From positions 39,990,001 to 40,054,000 of the forward strand of contig OX597827.1 in assembly GCA_951406725.2 (NCBI GenBank): 64,000 bases of DNA, read 5' to 3'. The notes beneath the pieces are model-generated. The model saw nothing but the letters and a program-made list of their open reading frames with translations, made no database searches and was not told the DNA's origin. Both the position numbers and the translations under genes were made by a program. This document shows, piece after piece, positions 38,008 through 52,198 of the stretch. Within the stretch, counting starts at the first letter, position 1. The number at the start of each line of letters is the position of its first letter. This DNA is from Octopus vulgaris. Its lineage: Eukaryota.

Positions 38008-38867
38008 CACACACACACATGCACCTACACCTACAAATTTATATTAGCCATTTACGAATATCATCTATTTCTCACCGCATATTTATTCTCTAGTTAGCCT
38101 TTTTAATGCTCTGAGTATTAAATACGTTAACATTAACTCAACTACTGTTTGTTTTTTTTGTGGGGGGAATACTTTATTTCTGTTATTTTTAACATGCAGA
38201 CTTACAACCATGTATCATTGGCTGTGTGGTCGAAAAGCTTGCTTCCCACCCACATGGTCTTGGGGTTCAGTCCCTCTGTGTAGCACCCTTGGGCAAGTAT
38301 CTTCTACTGCCAATGCATTGTGGGTGGATCTGGTAGATGAAAGCCCATCATGTATGTATATGTGTGTGTGTGTGTTTAAATGTGTGTATGTGTGAGTGTG
38401 TCTTTGTCTTGATGTCATATAATGGTTGTAAACAAGCATGTTGTTTTTTTTCAGTCTTCTGTAAAAAACATGTCTGGCCATGGGGAAATATTACCATGCC
38501 TGGAAACAGGTGAATGTTGGCAACAGAAAGAGCATCCAGCCATAGAAAATCTATCTCAACAAATCTGACCAAGTATAGTAAAACTGAAATTAAATGATTG
38601 CCATGATAACTTCTGTGTGTGTTGCAAGAGATGATTGGCTAAAAGACTTGGCATCACAAGTCATTGCCTCATGAAACTACATCCAATCCCTGCCAACATT
38701 TGTCTCTCAGTGAGCGAAGGGGAGGAATGGGGCTTGCGATTTTCATGTATTTCCACATATAGGAAACCAAATGTGAGAACGTATGTAAGTCAAGGTTTCC
38801 ACTGGCTGAGTAGTTAAAAATACACATGCTTGTACAAAAACATAAATACACACAAAATGTATACATA

Positions 38868-38914
<47 letters not shown>

Positions 38915-40303
38915 GCACCCATACACACACACACACATGGATCCAAACATGTACTTAGACATATAGATACATACACACATATATACAAAAACAGGCACAC
39001 ATAAGCTCAAATATACACACAAATCTTGTAGATATTGCAGACCAAGCTTCTTCCATTCACTGCATTAGCAGCACGTTTTTGAGCAGCTTGCTTAAATTCT
39101 GCATGGAAAATGATTGTTTTTTTTCCCCAAAAAATACCTTCTACTTCCTTTGCTTGTTTCTTCCATTGGTGGTGACGACAAGCATTGCTTTCCCATTTGA
39201 TTTCTCATTCGTTACCAACCCAGCCAAAACCGGCTCTGGCTCTGTAGTACAAATGTCTTGTTTTCATAAGTTTTGTATTAAAATATACCACCAAACCTTA
39301 GTCGCAATTTATGTTCCTAACACTCGTTTAATTATAACTAAGTTATTTTACTAAATTCTTTGTTATATCTAAAATATTGAAAGAAACACAGAGCATCTCA
39401 AAATAAATTCAGTAATGAAAGGGTTAAACACATGAACCCCACACACATAGGCAGACATACAGACATACACAATACACATATAAATCTCTCACATAAATAC
39501 AGACACACATCCATACACAAAGGGATACATACGTGCACACGTTTTTTCTTTTTTTGTGGTGGGGGGTATGATTCTCAACTAGAATATAATCGGTAACAGA
39601 GTACCATCAGTGATGGTGCTCAGCAGAAAAAAAAAAAAAGAAAATTAGTGAACAGTGGTGAAGCTAGAGTGTGTGCCACCACCCCCACCCCCACCCCACA
39701 AAAATACATATTGCACAGTGACTATATCAATTGTTGCATTTAATGGTGAGCAGTGTCTGTGTCCCAACATTAAAACCACTATTATTTGATTTCAATACAG
39801 CCTATACAGGCTTATAGCCTACAGCAGACCCCCCATAAAAGTGCCACCCGGGGAAGACCATTCCCTCCATCCCCCTCAGAGCTTCTGTACTCCTAGACAG
39901 ATACCTTGCAATGTGATTTGCAAAGTCCATGACTCTCTTGTGTGTTCATTACAGTTTGACAAGTTTTCTATGACTGGATGCCCTTCCTATCATCTTACAG
40001 AGAATACTGTGTACACAGTGCATTTTTTTCTTTTTCATACTACTGACATTAGAGAGGTCATCCTATGCAAAGAAGATCAAAGAGACCCCCTCTCTGTATC
40101 AGTTTTCATTCGAAGTTACTGGTGATAAAGATATGTAGTCTGCAATGTTGCTTCATTCTGGTCCTTTGTCCCTTGCCTACCACCTATCTCAATTCTTTGT
40201 CACACCACGAGATCAGTTTTCTATTTTGCCATCCTAGACAGCCACATACACACACACTGAGGCACAAAGATACACAGACAAGGGATCAGTTAAAAGAACT
40301 TAC

Positions 40304-40493
40304 CTTTTTCAGTATGCTCCAATGAAAGCTGCTTACGCTTGTACGGTGAATAACATAAACACAATCTTGATTCCTTGATGAGGTCACAGTGGATGATTGA
40401 TATTACTGGTTTCAGGATGTGAGTAGCAGTGAGAATGCCAGTGAGAAGACACAGCAAAAATCCTCCAAGGTTCAAAACCATTACCACAAACAA
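40304..40493 (-). CDS. Coding exon with a TM helix and Cys-containing loop (LFVVMVLNLGGFLLCLLTGILTATHILKPVISIIHCDLIKESRLCLCYSPYKRKQLSLEHTEK+G)
   Basis: cttttcAG/GTaagt sites; 190 nt, phase 1 out, joining 33300 to make GAT(D); TM helix then C-x8-CxC as in the FAM189/sarcospan large extracellular loop. Confidence 0.85.
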
Positions 40494-40589
40494 CTGAAAA
40501 GATATCATAATTAAGAAATAAGCAAATAAATAATATATATATATTGTCAGTAGTTCATACATCTGAAAGAGAAGCATGCTCTAAAATAT

Positions 40590-41140
40590 TAAAGCAGCAA
40601 CATCACATTGCTGGCCAGCCACGTAATGCATTTAAAAGAGGAGGGCATGCCATACATAATTAAATGGAGGCTCCTCAAACAGCCAGGGCTTTATATTAAT
40701 GGGAGCAAACAATGTAAACTTTGCTTGGCCAAAGTACCAAGAAACCTGAAAAACTTGCTTGACCTGGAGGACCTTTTAAACTCCAGAAAAGAAATGTTTA
40801 GTCAATGTCCTCATCAAAGATGTTACTTGTTGCAAGCTTGGAATTACCCATCAAGAGAGATAACCCCTTTCCTCCTGAAACCTACCTGCATGTTTCATTC
40901 CAGATATTTTTTTATTTACAAAACTAACTGACCATGATATTTTCCTCCCTCCAGTTGTAGAGAGTTTATGTGTCTCCAGCTGTTTGAGTCTGACAAGTCA
41001 CCTATACAACATGTAGTTGCAAAACAATTTTCTAAACAATAGAGCTGTAGCTCTTTGACCAATTATATGTTGATGCCCAGATCATTAATGTTTAATTATT
41101 CATGAAGACAACTAATCCTAAATGCTTGTATTTATAACCC
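40590..41140 (+). mobile_element. Penelope-like element 3' fragment: GIY-YIG endonuclease C-terminus plus pLTR with a decayed hammerhead
   Basis: LASHVMHLKE...Y.IKW.LL.....Y..GSK.C.LCL...LLNSRKEMFSQCPH matches the PLE endonuclease C-terminal pattern; hammerhead relic at 40986-41053. Confidence 0.75.
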
Positions 41141-42093
41141 TAAGAACTATACAGAATAGCAGGGGGGGGGGGGGCAGAATCCAAACTGAAACCTAACTGT
41201 ACACTAAATTCTTCACAAAAGCCAACCTTAACTTTGCTTACAGTACCCATGCATTGCATAAATAGATCTTACAAGACATTCATCAATGTCTGGTTTTAAA
41301 TGACACTCTGTCAGTTATGACAACGAGAATTCTAGTTGATCCAATCAACAGAACAGCCTGTTCATAAAATTAACTTGCAAGTGGCTGAACACTCCACAGA
41401 CACACGTATCCTTAACATAGTTCTTGGAGATTCACCATGACACAGAATGTGAGAAGGTTGGCCCTTTGAAACATGGGTACAACACATTTTTACCAGCTGA
41501 GTCAACTGGAGCAACATGAAATAAAGTGTGTTACTCAAGAACACAAGGCACTGCCAAAAATCGAACCCGTGACTTTACGACTGTCAACCAAACACCCTAA
41601 CCACTAAACCATGCACCTTCACTTCTGGTTTTAACAGTACGTACTTAATTGACAGTGTGGAGCTCTGTAAAAGCTTTCTATGTACAAGACAAATAGACAT
41701 GGAGATCCCTGCACACCGCCCCTATGAGCTAAGATTTTCTAATTACATACTGTCATCAATCTTTGCTTTGCAGCAAACATCGATACCCCACCAACACACA
41801 CACACACTGATACACAGAGACATCCATTATATACAAGCAATACATAACAGTAGACAGCGGAACATCAAAAGTTCCCTGTTTTCAGACAGACTACAAACAC
41901 TTGTACATTCAATTCCTAGATGGACATGTTGCTAAGTTGTAAAAATTGTTCCATGATCAAAATATAGCAAGAACAACCAAAAAATATAATCACTTGATAC
42001 ACCATGTATAACAACAGATGTGTTAATAACAACAACATTATCAGCAACAATAACAATATACTTCTTCCCATAAAAATATGCAGACAGAATAAC

Positions 42094-42124
<31 letters not shown>

Positions 42125-44639
42125 ATACATGTGCGCATGCACACATACACTTGCACACACACACACACAATCAACTAACAAAATAAAAATATCAGTTATA
42201 TAATGATAGCATTAATAATGATGATGATCATGATGATGATAGTAATGGCTATTATTTCCTTTCACTTACATTACTAACGATGTACTGAGTAAATTATAAA
42301 CATCCCAACAACACCCCCTTAACCTTTCACTCCCCTATTTCATGCATGCAGTCCTCATTTTAAAATACATTGGAAGATAATGAGTTTACTAAGTGACTAT
42401 GGAATGAATCCTATCCTGATTGGTGTGATCTCGCTTTTCATAGTTAGAAAAATTTAGCTGCTTCTTTGAACACATCAAATAATTACAGAGAACAATTACA
42501 TGCTTGGTTTGTGTGGTCGGTATTTAAAAGATGATAAGGGATATATTTGAGGGAAATTTGGCTGTTAAATTGGGCAGGTGGAATGACTACATAAAACTCA
42601 ACTCATTGGTTTTATGCGGTTCCAGTTTTAAAGATGTTAGGGATATTTTCAAGGAAGATTTCGCAGCTGCCTTGGGCAGATAAAATTACTAAATAGATTT
42701 CTCCTTGACTTGTGTTGTTCCTATTTTAATCACGGTTAGGGATATTTTTTTGAGGGAGTTTTAGCTGTGTAACTACACTGAACAGGTGAAATCACTGACT
42801 ACATAGAAGTTTTCCTTATTGGCTTGTGTAGTCCCTATTGAAGGACAATGTCACTGCTACATTGATCACCATCAATAACAACACAGACAAAAGCAGAAGA
42901 AACTCCCACGCTACCTTATGCTAAGTAAAAGGTTGTTGATAACTCTCTCGTGTGACTTTAAGGGTTTTCAAACACTCCAACAACTGTCATTTAGCTCCCT
43001 TTTTTTTAATTTAATGTTTATATTTTTTCTTCATTTTTTTTTTATCTTATTTTCATTTTTACCTTTTCTTTAATTTTATTTCCTTAACAACCCCCATGCA
43101 TTAACACCTGGTTAATTTCTATAGCAGAAAAGATGAAGGGTGGGAAAGTTTCAGTTGACTCATCAGAAAAAAAGGGTGGTGGTGTGATTTGTTCCAAATT
43201 GACACACACGCTTCCACACCACAGACTGGTCTCACTCCAATTCATGTGCTTTGTTGAGTAACACAATCAGAGCAACACAGCTAACTGCCTTGCTACTCCC
43301 ACTTTCTTTTTATCATAATCATCCCCATCACCAACCTCCATCATAATCCTCTTCATCATCATCACCATAAACATCTTCATCATCATCATCATCACCACCA
43401 TACTCCTCCTCCTCATCATCACCATACTCCTCATCATCATCATCATCACATAGTGCAAATGCACCACCTTCCTCTTCCCCTCACTCTGTCTTTATTTCCA
43501 CTCTCACTCTACTTCAATCATAAAAGTCATTATGAATAGGCTACCCTATATAACCACAGAGCTATCCATTGATGGGTGATCAGTTCCATTGATCTGTCTC
43601 CAAGGAAATCTGGGACCTATTTCTGACAACTAGATGAACTGAGGCAGGGAAGGGTAAAGTGTCCTGTTTCTAAGCACAAGATACCAAGCAGTGGATTTGA
43701 ACTCAGGTTCCATGGGTAAATTGTTACAATAAGGTCACAGATATAGCTGTTTGATTAAGAAGTTAATTTTTCAGCTACAAAGTTTGGGGCTCAATCCCAC
43801 AGTACAGCACTTCAAACAAGTGTTTTTCTACATAAGCATCAGGGTTGACCAAAGTCACACAAAAGGGATTAGGTAGGCGGAGACTGTGTGGAATCCCACT
43901 GAAGGGACTATTCCAGTTATTGAGAGGTATTTACACTTTGCCTCTGGGTTTGGCACCACCACCTGACCCTCGAATAAAGCAATGAATTGGCAGATTCATT
44001 AGAGTATCAGATTCATTAGAGTATCATTGTGGTAGTTGTTTTGGGTTTTTGCACTGAGTTCAAATCCAGGTAAGTCATCTTTGCCTTTCATCCTTTGGGG
44101 GTTCAATGGAAAAAGTACCAACCAAAGGGTTGGATTAACAGAACTGTTAGGAGGTTGAGTGAGGTACCTTGTAATATCTTCCGAGAAATATATCTAAGAC
44201 TACATTATCCAAAATGTCTGTTCTACTTTAAGACATTTGATTAAAGAGAGATTTAGCTACTATCTCTAGCAAATGATCACAATGAAATGTCTTCATAACC
44301 ATCATTTGTCTGTGTATGCATGTATTTATGTGTGCCTTTATATATGTGCATAAGTATGCCTGTATCTATGTGAGAGGTATGAATGCATGGGTTTGTGATA
44401 CTTGTACCAGTGGCACATAAAAAGCACCATCCGAATGTGGCTGATGCCAGCGCTGCCTCGACTAGCTTCTGTGCCGGTGGCACATAAAAAGCACCATCAG
44501 AACGTGGCCAATGCCAGTGCCGCCTTGACTGGCTTCCGTGCCGGTGGCACGTTAAAAGCACCAACCGATCATGGCCGCTGCCAGACTCCCCTGGAACCTG
44601 TGCCGGTGGCACGTAAAAAGCAACCACTACACTTTGTGG

Positions 44640-44698
<59 letters not shown>

Positions 44699-44699
44699 T

Positions 44700-44930
44700 C
44701 ACAAGGTTGGCCAAAAGTCACCTGACAGTAAATCAAAACCATTTAATTCCAAAATTTATTTATGTTTAACAACTGAATGAATTTAATAAAAGCATCTAAA
44801 TATGAAACATGAAAATTGTGCAAACTGAAGTCCTTGAGTAACACATTTTTCCATTAAAGTCAATACAGAATTACAGATAATATTTATGGAATATTGATTT
44901 ACTGTCAGGTGACTTTTGGCCAACCCTCTG
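44700..44930. mobile_element. Tc1/mariner-like MITE
   Basis: TIR ggttggccaaaagtcacctgacagtaaatcaa at 44705, with its reverse complement at 44894-44925. Confidence 0.75.
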
Positions 44931-45649
44931 TGTTTGAGTGTGTGTGTGTGTGTGTGTGTGTGTAGGTGCATATTGTCATATATATATACATAGTTATATA
45001 TATATGTGTGTGTGTGTGTGCATTTTTATGCTTTCATAAGAGCATGTATATTTTTAATTAATCAGCCAACCAAGACCATGTCTCACATACATTCTCACAT
45101 TTGGTTTCCCATGTTTAGAAATGCATAAACATCACAACCCCCGCTTCACCCACCCACCTCTCCTTCTCTCACTGAGAGACAAATGCCGATAATAAAGTAA
45201 AAAAATCCATAGATAAATCCCACAGATTAGTAACAAGAAATAAGGGACAGAAAGCCAGATACAGGTCAGTGAGTAGAGGGTAGTGACGGAAGGAATTAGG
45301 GGTCTGAACTACAACATACATTTTGTATTGTTGTAGTTCACTGAGGTGTCATCTACAATTTGTGGGCATCTGAAAAGGGTGGAACTTGCGATATGGTTGC
45401 ATGGCTTCAGGCGTGAACATCTTTCATTTTTTTTATCTTTTACTCATTTCAGTCATCAGACTGCAGCCATGCTGGGGCACCAACTTGAATTTTTTTGTCA
45501 AATGAATCAACCCCAGTACTTCTTTCTTAAGCCTGATACTTATTCTTTCAGTCTCAACACTAGTTGTAAAGTAGTGATGGGAGGAGGTGGGGGGGAACAA
45601 ACACAGACACAAAGACACACACATACATACATTTATAAATACACACACA

Positions 45650-45688
<39 letters not shown>

Positions 45689-46605
45689 TCATCATCATCA
45701 TCATTGTTTAACATCCGCTTTCCGTGCTAGCACGCGTTGGACGATTTGACTGAGGTCTGGTGAACCAGATGGCTGCACCAGGCTCCAATCTGATCTGGCA
45801 GAGTTTCTACAGCTGGATGCCCTCCCTAACGCCAACCACTGCGAGAGTGTAGTGGGTGTTTTTATGTGCCACCGGCACAAGGGCCAGTCAGGCAGTACTG
45901 GCAATGGCCACACTCAAATGGTGCTTTTTATGTGCCACCTGCACAGAAGCCAGTCCAGTGACACTGGCAACGACCTCGCTCGAATGTTTTTTCACATGCC
46001 ACCAGCACAAGTGCCAGTAAGGCGACGCAGGTAACAATCACGCTCGAATGGTGCATATATATATATAGAATGGGCTTCATTCAGTTTCCATTTATCAAAT
46101 CTACTCACAAGGCTTTGGTCATCCCAAGCCTATAGTAGAAGATGCTTGCCCAAGGAGCCATGCAGTGGGATTGAACACAGAACCGTGTGGTTGGGAAGCA
46201 AGCTTCTTACCACATAGCCACACCTGCACCTATATGTAAGTTTATGTGTGTCTGTACATAACGATACACACACACACACACATGCAAACACACACATACA
46301 AATACATACACACATAGATATACACACATGTATGTGTGTGCATATTTTGCATCTTTTATACTTTAATTGTTTCAGTCATTGGACCTGTGACCATGCTGGG
46401 GCACCAGCTTGAAGGGTTTAGTCAAACAAACTGAACCCAGTATTTACAGTTTATTTATTTTATTTTATTTTGAAGCCTGATACTTATTCTTGTTGTCTCT
46501 TTTGCCAAACCACTAAGTTACATGGACATAAACAACCCAGCAGTAGTTGCCAAATGGTAGAAGGGGAGACAAATGCACAAAAACACACATATATCTTCTC
46601 ATATA

Positions 46606-46990
46606 TCTCTCTCTATATATAAACGGCAGTTTGTCTGTGTGTGTGTCTGTGTGTCTGTCAGGTTGTACCCTCACCCTGACCACGGCTTTCAACCGATTCT
46701 GATGAAACTTGACACACACATAGCCCAATGTCATAATTCAAAAGTAACGCAGCGAAAATTTTAAAAAGTTCCCCCAGTTCTGAAAAAAATCGATAAATTC
46801 GACATGGGGTCGAGAATCAGAAACACAAACCACAGACTGTCTAGGGGACGCAACTCGACCTTTTTAACTCTCAAACAAAAATTTACCATAATTTTTTTCC
46901 CACTTTTTTGCTATTTTTTGGCTATAACTCTCTAAAAATGCTTTATAGTTATTTCCCTTACAAACCCGAGCAACGCCGGGCGATCTGCTA

Positions 46991-46991
<1 letters not shown>
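46606..46991 (+). mobile_element. Non-autonomous Helitron
   Basis: 5' TC(TATATATAAA) start after A; 3' GC-rich hairpin cccgagcaacgccggg (46965-46980) followed by CTAG|T. Confidence 0.8.
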
Positions 46992-47034
<43 letters not shown>

Positions 47035-47264
47035 CAACATTATAATATCTGAAAGTTGATGAACAAACTAAATTTGTTTCTCCATTTTCTTATTTGTATT
47101 ATAAATTTACGATAAAAATATTTCTTTACCTTCACCCGTTTAATACAATAAATGAGTTAATTGCATTGCAATTAAAAACATTTATGTATTAAGAATCTAG
47201 GTACTTTACCAGCAGTATATTGGATAAATGCTATCCCATAGTGGGATAACCCCGATCTTACTTT

Positions 47265-47313
<49 letters not shown>

Positions 47314-47517
47314 GTATGTATATATATGTATATATAAATATGTATATTTATGTATATATAAATATGTATATATATATATATGTATGTATATATATGTATA
47401 TATATATGTATATATATGTATGTATATATGTATATATATGTGTGTGTGTTTGTGTGTGTGTGTATGTAGAGTTAAGTTATATTCTGCTAACATTGGAAAA
47501 TACAGTATAAAACTCGC

Positions 47518-47574
<57 letters not shown>

Positions 47575-47575
<1 letters not shown>

Positions 47576-47938
47576 AGGGTGATTCAAAAGTCACCATACA
47601 TAGGAACAATTTATCTTTTTATAAGAAACGGTTTATAAGAAAAGGTTTCTTTTTATTTAACAGGCTCTATATGGTTACCATTGTTTTGAATACACTTGGC
47701 AATACGTTTACCCCAACTCATTGTGAACTCGTAATAGCACATCTGGTGATACGTGTACAAATGAGTTGGTGATGCGTTCCTTCAAATGATTTATGTCTTT
47801 TATCTTTCCGCGATACACCATGCCTTTCAAATGCGCCCAAAGATAGAAATCAAGAGGGGTCAGATCAGGGGATCTTATAAACTGTTTTTTATAAAAAAAT
47901 AAATTTTTCCTATGTATGGAGACTTTTGAATCACCATG
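47575..47938 (-). mobile_element. Internally deleted Tc1-like transposon
   Basis: TA|CAGGGTGATTCAAAAGTC(A/T)CCATACATAGG TIRs; the minus strand encodes RSPDLTPLDFYLWAHLKGMVY...LKERI. Confidence 0.85.
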
Positions 47939-48349
47939 TATGTCTGTATGTATGTATGTACGTACGTACATATGACAGGCTTCTTTCAGTTTCTGTACTG
48001 ACTATCAAATCCACATATATATACTATAGAGACATCATCATCATCATCGTTTAATGTCCGTTTTCCGCGCTAGCACGAGTTGGATGGTTCGACCGGGGTC
48101 TGGGAAGCCAGGGGCTGCACCAGGCTCCAGTCTGATCTGGCAGTGTTTCTACAGCTGGATGCCCTTCCTAACGCCAACCACTCCGCGAGTGTAGTGGGTG
48201 CTTTTTACATGCCACACACTGAAAGCACACACATACATATACATGAATGTGTACTGCGTGTGTGTGTACATGATTATATTGCATGTGTGTGTCTGTGTGT
48301 GTCTGTGTGTGTGCGCGTGCGTGTGTCTGTGTGTTTGTGTGTGAGCGTG

Positions 48350-49810
48350 CACGCATGATGGACACCTATATATTTGCTAAATTCTTCACTGAACTCATTG
48401 TAAACTCTCATCTTACAGGTAGCATCTTTGTACATGGCTTGCATGGGTCTCAAAAGCCATTCAATTACATTTAGTTTCCTTAGCAACCAGCAGGCCAGGA
48501 AGCATGATACCCAGTCAAAGCTTTCTCCATATCAACAAATGAAAAAGCGTGGCTTGCTCTTTGCCACTGTACTTATCTCACTAGGAAGAGGGCATTGTTG
48601 ATACTCCAGCCTGGTACAAACTTCATCAAAGGTAATTCTGTTCCTAATTAATTGTGCCATAACTTATCAAAACTTGGTCCATCAGTTTGATGCATCTGTA
48701 ATTGATTCTTTCTACAATATCACCTTTGATGATAACATTGATAGAGCAATTAACCTCCTTATAATACCTGATTAGGCATCTGAGTTACTAGCTTATGGTC
48801 CTACATTGCCAGATGTTTCCATCATTTAAATGCCCAAAGCTGTTATTCTTGCACTCAAATCTTTCATAACACCTTTCAACCATGTAACTTGTCAACCTCA
48901 ATGGCAAGTCCTTCTTTTGGGTCTACTTGGAGTAGCTCCTCTCTCTCTCGCTCTCTCACACACATATACCTTATACAGTAACTTCATATAGTAATCAAAG
49001 TGGGTGAGTGAAGGCAGCGAGTTGTCAGGGACGTTAGCACGCCGGGCGAAATGCTTAGCGGTATTTCGTCTGTCTTTACGTTCTGAGTTCAAATTCCGCC
49101 AAGGCCAACTTTGCCTTTCATCCTTTCAGGGTCGATAAATTAAGAACCAGTTACACACTGGGGTCGATGTAATCGACTTAATACCTATGTCTGTCCTTGT
49201 TTGTCCCCTCTATGTTTAGCCCCTTGTGGGTAATAAAGAAATAGGTATTTCGTCTGTCTTTACGTTCTGAGTTCAAATTCCGTCAAGGCCGACTTTGCCT
49301 TTCATCCTTTCAAGGTCGATAAATTAAGTACTAGTTACGTACTGGGGTCGATCTAATCGACTGGCTTCCTCCCCAAAAATTTCAGGCCTTGTACCTATAG
49401 TAGAAAAGAATCAAAGTGGGTGAGTGGGTCACTATCATTCTGTACCTTTAGTACCCCAGTAATGTACTAGCACACAGTTTCACAACTCTGAAAAAGCTCA
49501 TACTGCTAATCTTCTCATTTCTAAAATTGACAAATTTCTCATACTTTCAGCTTCTCTGATTGTCAGGTATAACTAATGTCTAGCTTCTCTTATAGTTACC
49601 TTCTATTGTTCCTTGCGTCTCCACCTTTCTTCCAATCTTTCTAAACTGGTCACTTTGCTTTTACTGCTCTTTCTGCTGCAGCATTCAACCACTATGTCAC
49701 TTTTGCTTACTTCTGCATCAGAACTCTTGTTTTTTAACCACACCCACCAACCATAATCCATGCTCCAGGTCCCAAGTTGATTAAGTTACATAGACATCAG
49801 TTGTATGACT
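48350..49810 (-). mobile_element. Decayed RTE reverse transcriptase region, interrupted by a family D SINE (49010-49410)
   Basis: DMEKA(F)D...LRKLNV.EWL....QAMY.DA...RV....SEEF....GVH motifs. Confidence 0.7.
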
Positions 49811-49979
49811 AGGACAAGGGATAATCTCTTTCTACACTAATTGTTTGAAATGTAGAGACACACAAAGACATACTAGACTGGCCCACACTTCTTACTATCA
49901 AAAGTTTCACCAATCCTAAATGGTTAAACATACACACAAGCACAGGCAGACAGACAGACAGACAGGCAGGCAGGCAGGC

Positions 49980-50103
<124 letters not shown>

Positions 50104-50692
50104 GCAAAATAAATGCATGCACACACACACAGACACACACACACACAAAGAGTAATATTTGACATCATGCTTGTACAGGCACACACACATACATAAGATC
50201 ACACATACAGAAATTATGCCTCTTACATACATAGAAGTTACTACATCTCTTGTACACACACATACACACACACACATGTGTACACACACAAACACATACT
50301 AACAATATACTTACTACTTTTACAGACAATGAGAACCCCCCTCTCCTCTATACACACATACACACATAAATGTACACATTTACACACACAAATCTCATGT
50401 TCTCTCTTCAACTGAGATTCCCATGAACATTTTAAAGTAGGTTAAACATATGAAATACACTCCCTCTCTCTCTCTCTCTCAGCCTGTAACTATCTATTTC
50501 TCTATCTATTAAACCCTCTACACACACACATACACACACAAATAATCTCTCTCTCTCTTTCCGTTTAATCCTTCACACACACACACACACACTCTCTCTC
50601 TCTCTCTCTCTAACTTTAATCTTTCACATACCCACTCTCTCTCTCTCTTTAAATAGTTCTACATTTCAACACTCTTCACACACAAATACACA

Positions 50693-50766
<74 letters not shown>

Positions 50767-50770
50767 CTAT

Positions 50771-50804
<34 letters not shown>

Positions 50805-50859
50805 CTATCTCTCTCTCTTAGCTTGTAACTATCTCTTTCTCTATTTCAAACCTCTGCAT

Positions 50860-50897
<38 letters not shown>

Positions 50898-51541
50898 TCT
50901 CTCTCTTTCTGCTTAACCCTTCACACACACACACACATACAAACATGCTCTCTCCCTCTCTCTCTCTCTCTCTGTCTCTAGCTTTAATCTTTCACATACT
51001 CACTCTCTCTCTCTCTCTAAATCTACCTCCACATAAAACACATAAGCAAACTGCTTCTTTCTGTCCGTCTCTGTCTCCCTCCTTCTAACCTTTCAGTCCC
51101 CCTATTTAATTATCTCTCTATCTCTATCTCTCTCTATCTATCTATCTATCTATCTCTCTTTCCATTCACTGTCCTTCTGAACTCCCCCTACACCCCCTTC
51201 TCTCTCTCTCTTCCCTCCCTTCACACTCACCCTCTCCTCTTTCTTTGTCTAATCATCCACCCTCCCTCTAGCTCTTCATTCTCTTCCCCACCTTCGCCTC
51301 CCTCTTTATCTTATCCCTTTTCCCACCCCTTCTCCCTACCTCCCTCCAACTCCTTCCTCATTTCCACTCTTTCTATCCGCTTTCTCCGGCAGCTTCCTCT
51401 CTCTAACTCATCACCCGCAAATGGATATTTTACATCAAAGAAAGGTGAAGAAACTCACAAGTGATCATGCTAATGCATGGGATAATCATCCTATCTCTCT
51501 CTCTCTCTCTCTCTCCATATGTGTGTGTGTATGTGTGTGTG

Positions 51542-51582
<41 letters not shown>

Positions 51583-52167
51583 AACTATCCGGCTGTCTGT
51601 CACCCCTTACTTTTACACTTGCACAACTGTTTAGGGGTTAAAACAATAACATTAATAACAATACCAAGAAAAAGAATATAAATAACAAAAAACTATAACA
51701 ATTACATTAACATTTAAAAATAAATGATACAGCAGTAACAACAACAAAGGCAGAGAAGACTGAGGTCTATATGGTCATACAATCTGCTAGAAATAGCAGT
51801 TATATTTCATTCTATTTCCCATCTCTCTCTCTCTATATATATATATATGTAAACGATAAATGTGGCCCCTTTCAAGCCTAGCCAGGCTCGTGGGCCCGGT
51901 TTCTCAGTTTCTGTGGCATATGTGTTCCCCCACCCCAGCTGGACGGGACGCCAGTCCATCGCAGTGTTACTCAAGAAACAGGAAGAGAGAGTGAGAGAAA
52001 GTTGTGGCGAAAGAGTACAACAGGGGTCGCCACCACCCCCTGCTGGAGCCTCGTGGACTTTTTAGGTGCTTTCACTCAATAAACACACACAACGCCCGGT
52101 CTGGGAATCGAAACCGCGATCCTCCGACCGTGAGTCTGATGCCCTAACCACTGGGCCATTGCGCCTC

Positions 52168-52198
<31 letters not shown>

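Noticed and set aside
37004-38047. ORFs of 235-347 aa in several frames
   Set aside because: Translations of (AT)/(ATAC) microsatellite. The same applies to the many [12 protein letters not shown] ORFs across the window.
43198-43266. WSETSLWCGSV resembling the CD20-family 'PFWAG' motif
   Set aside because: There is an in-frame stop just upstream, no convincing splice sites and no TM helix.
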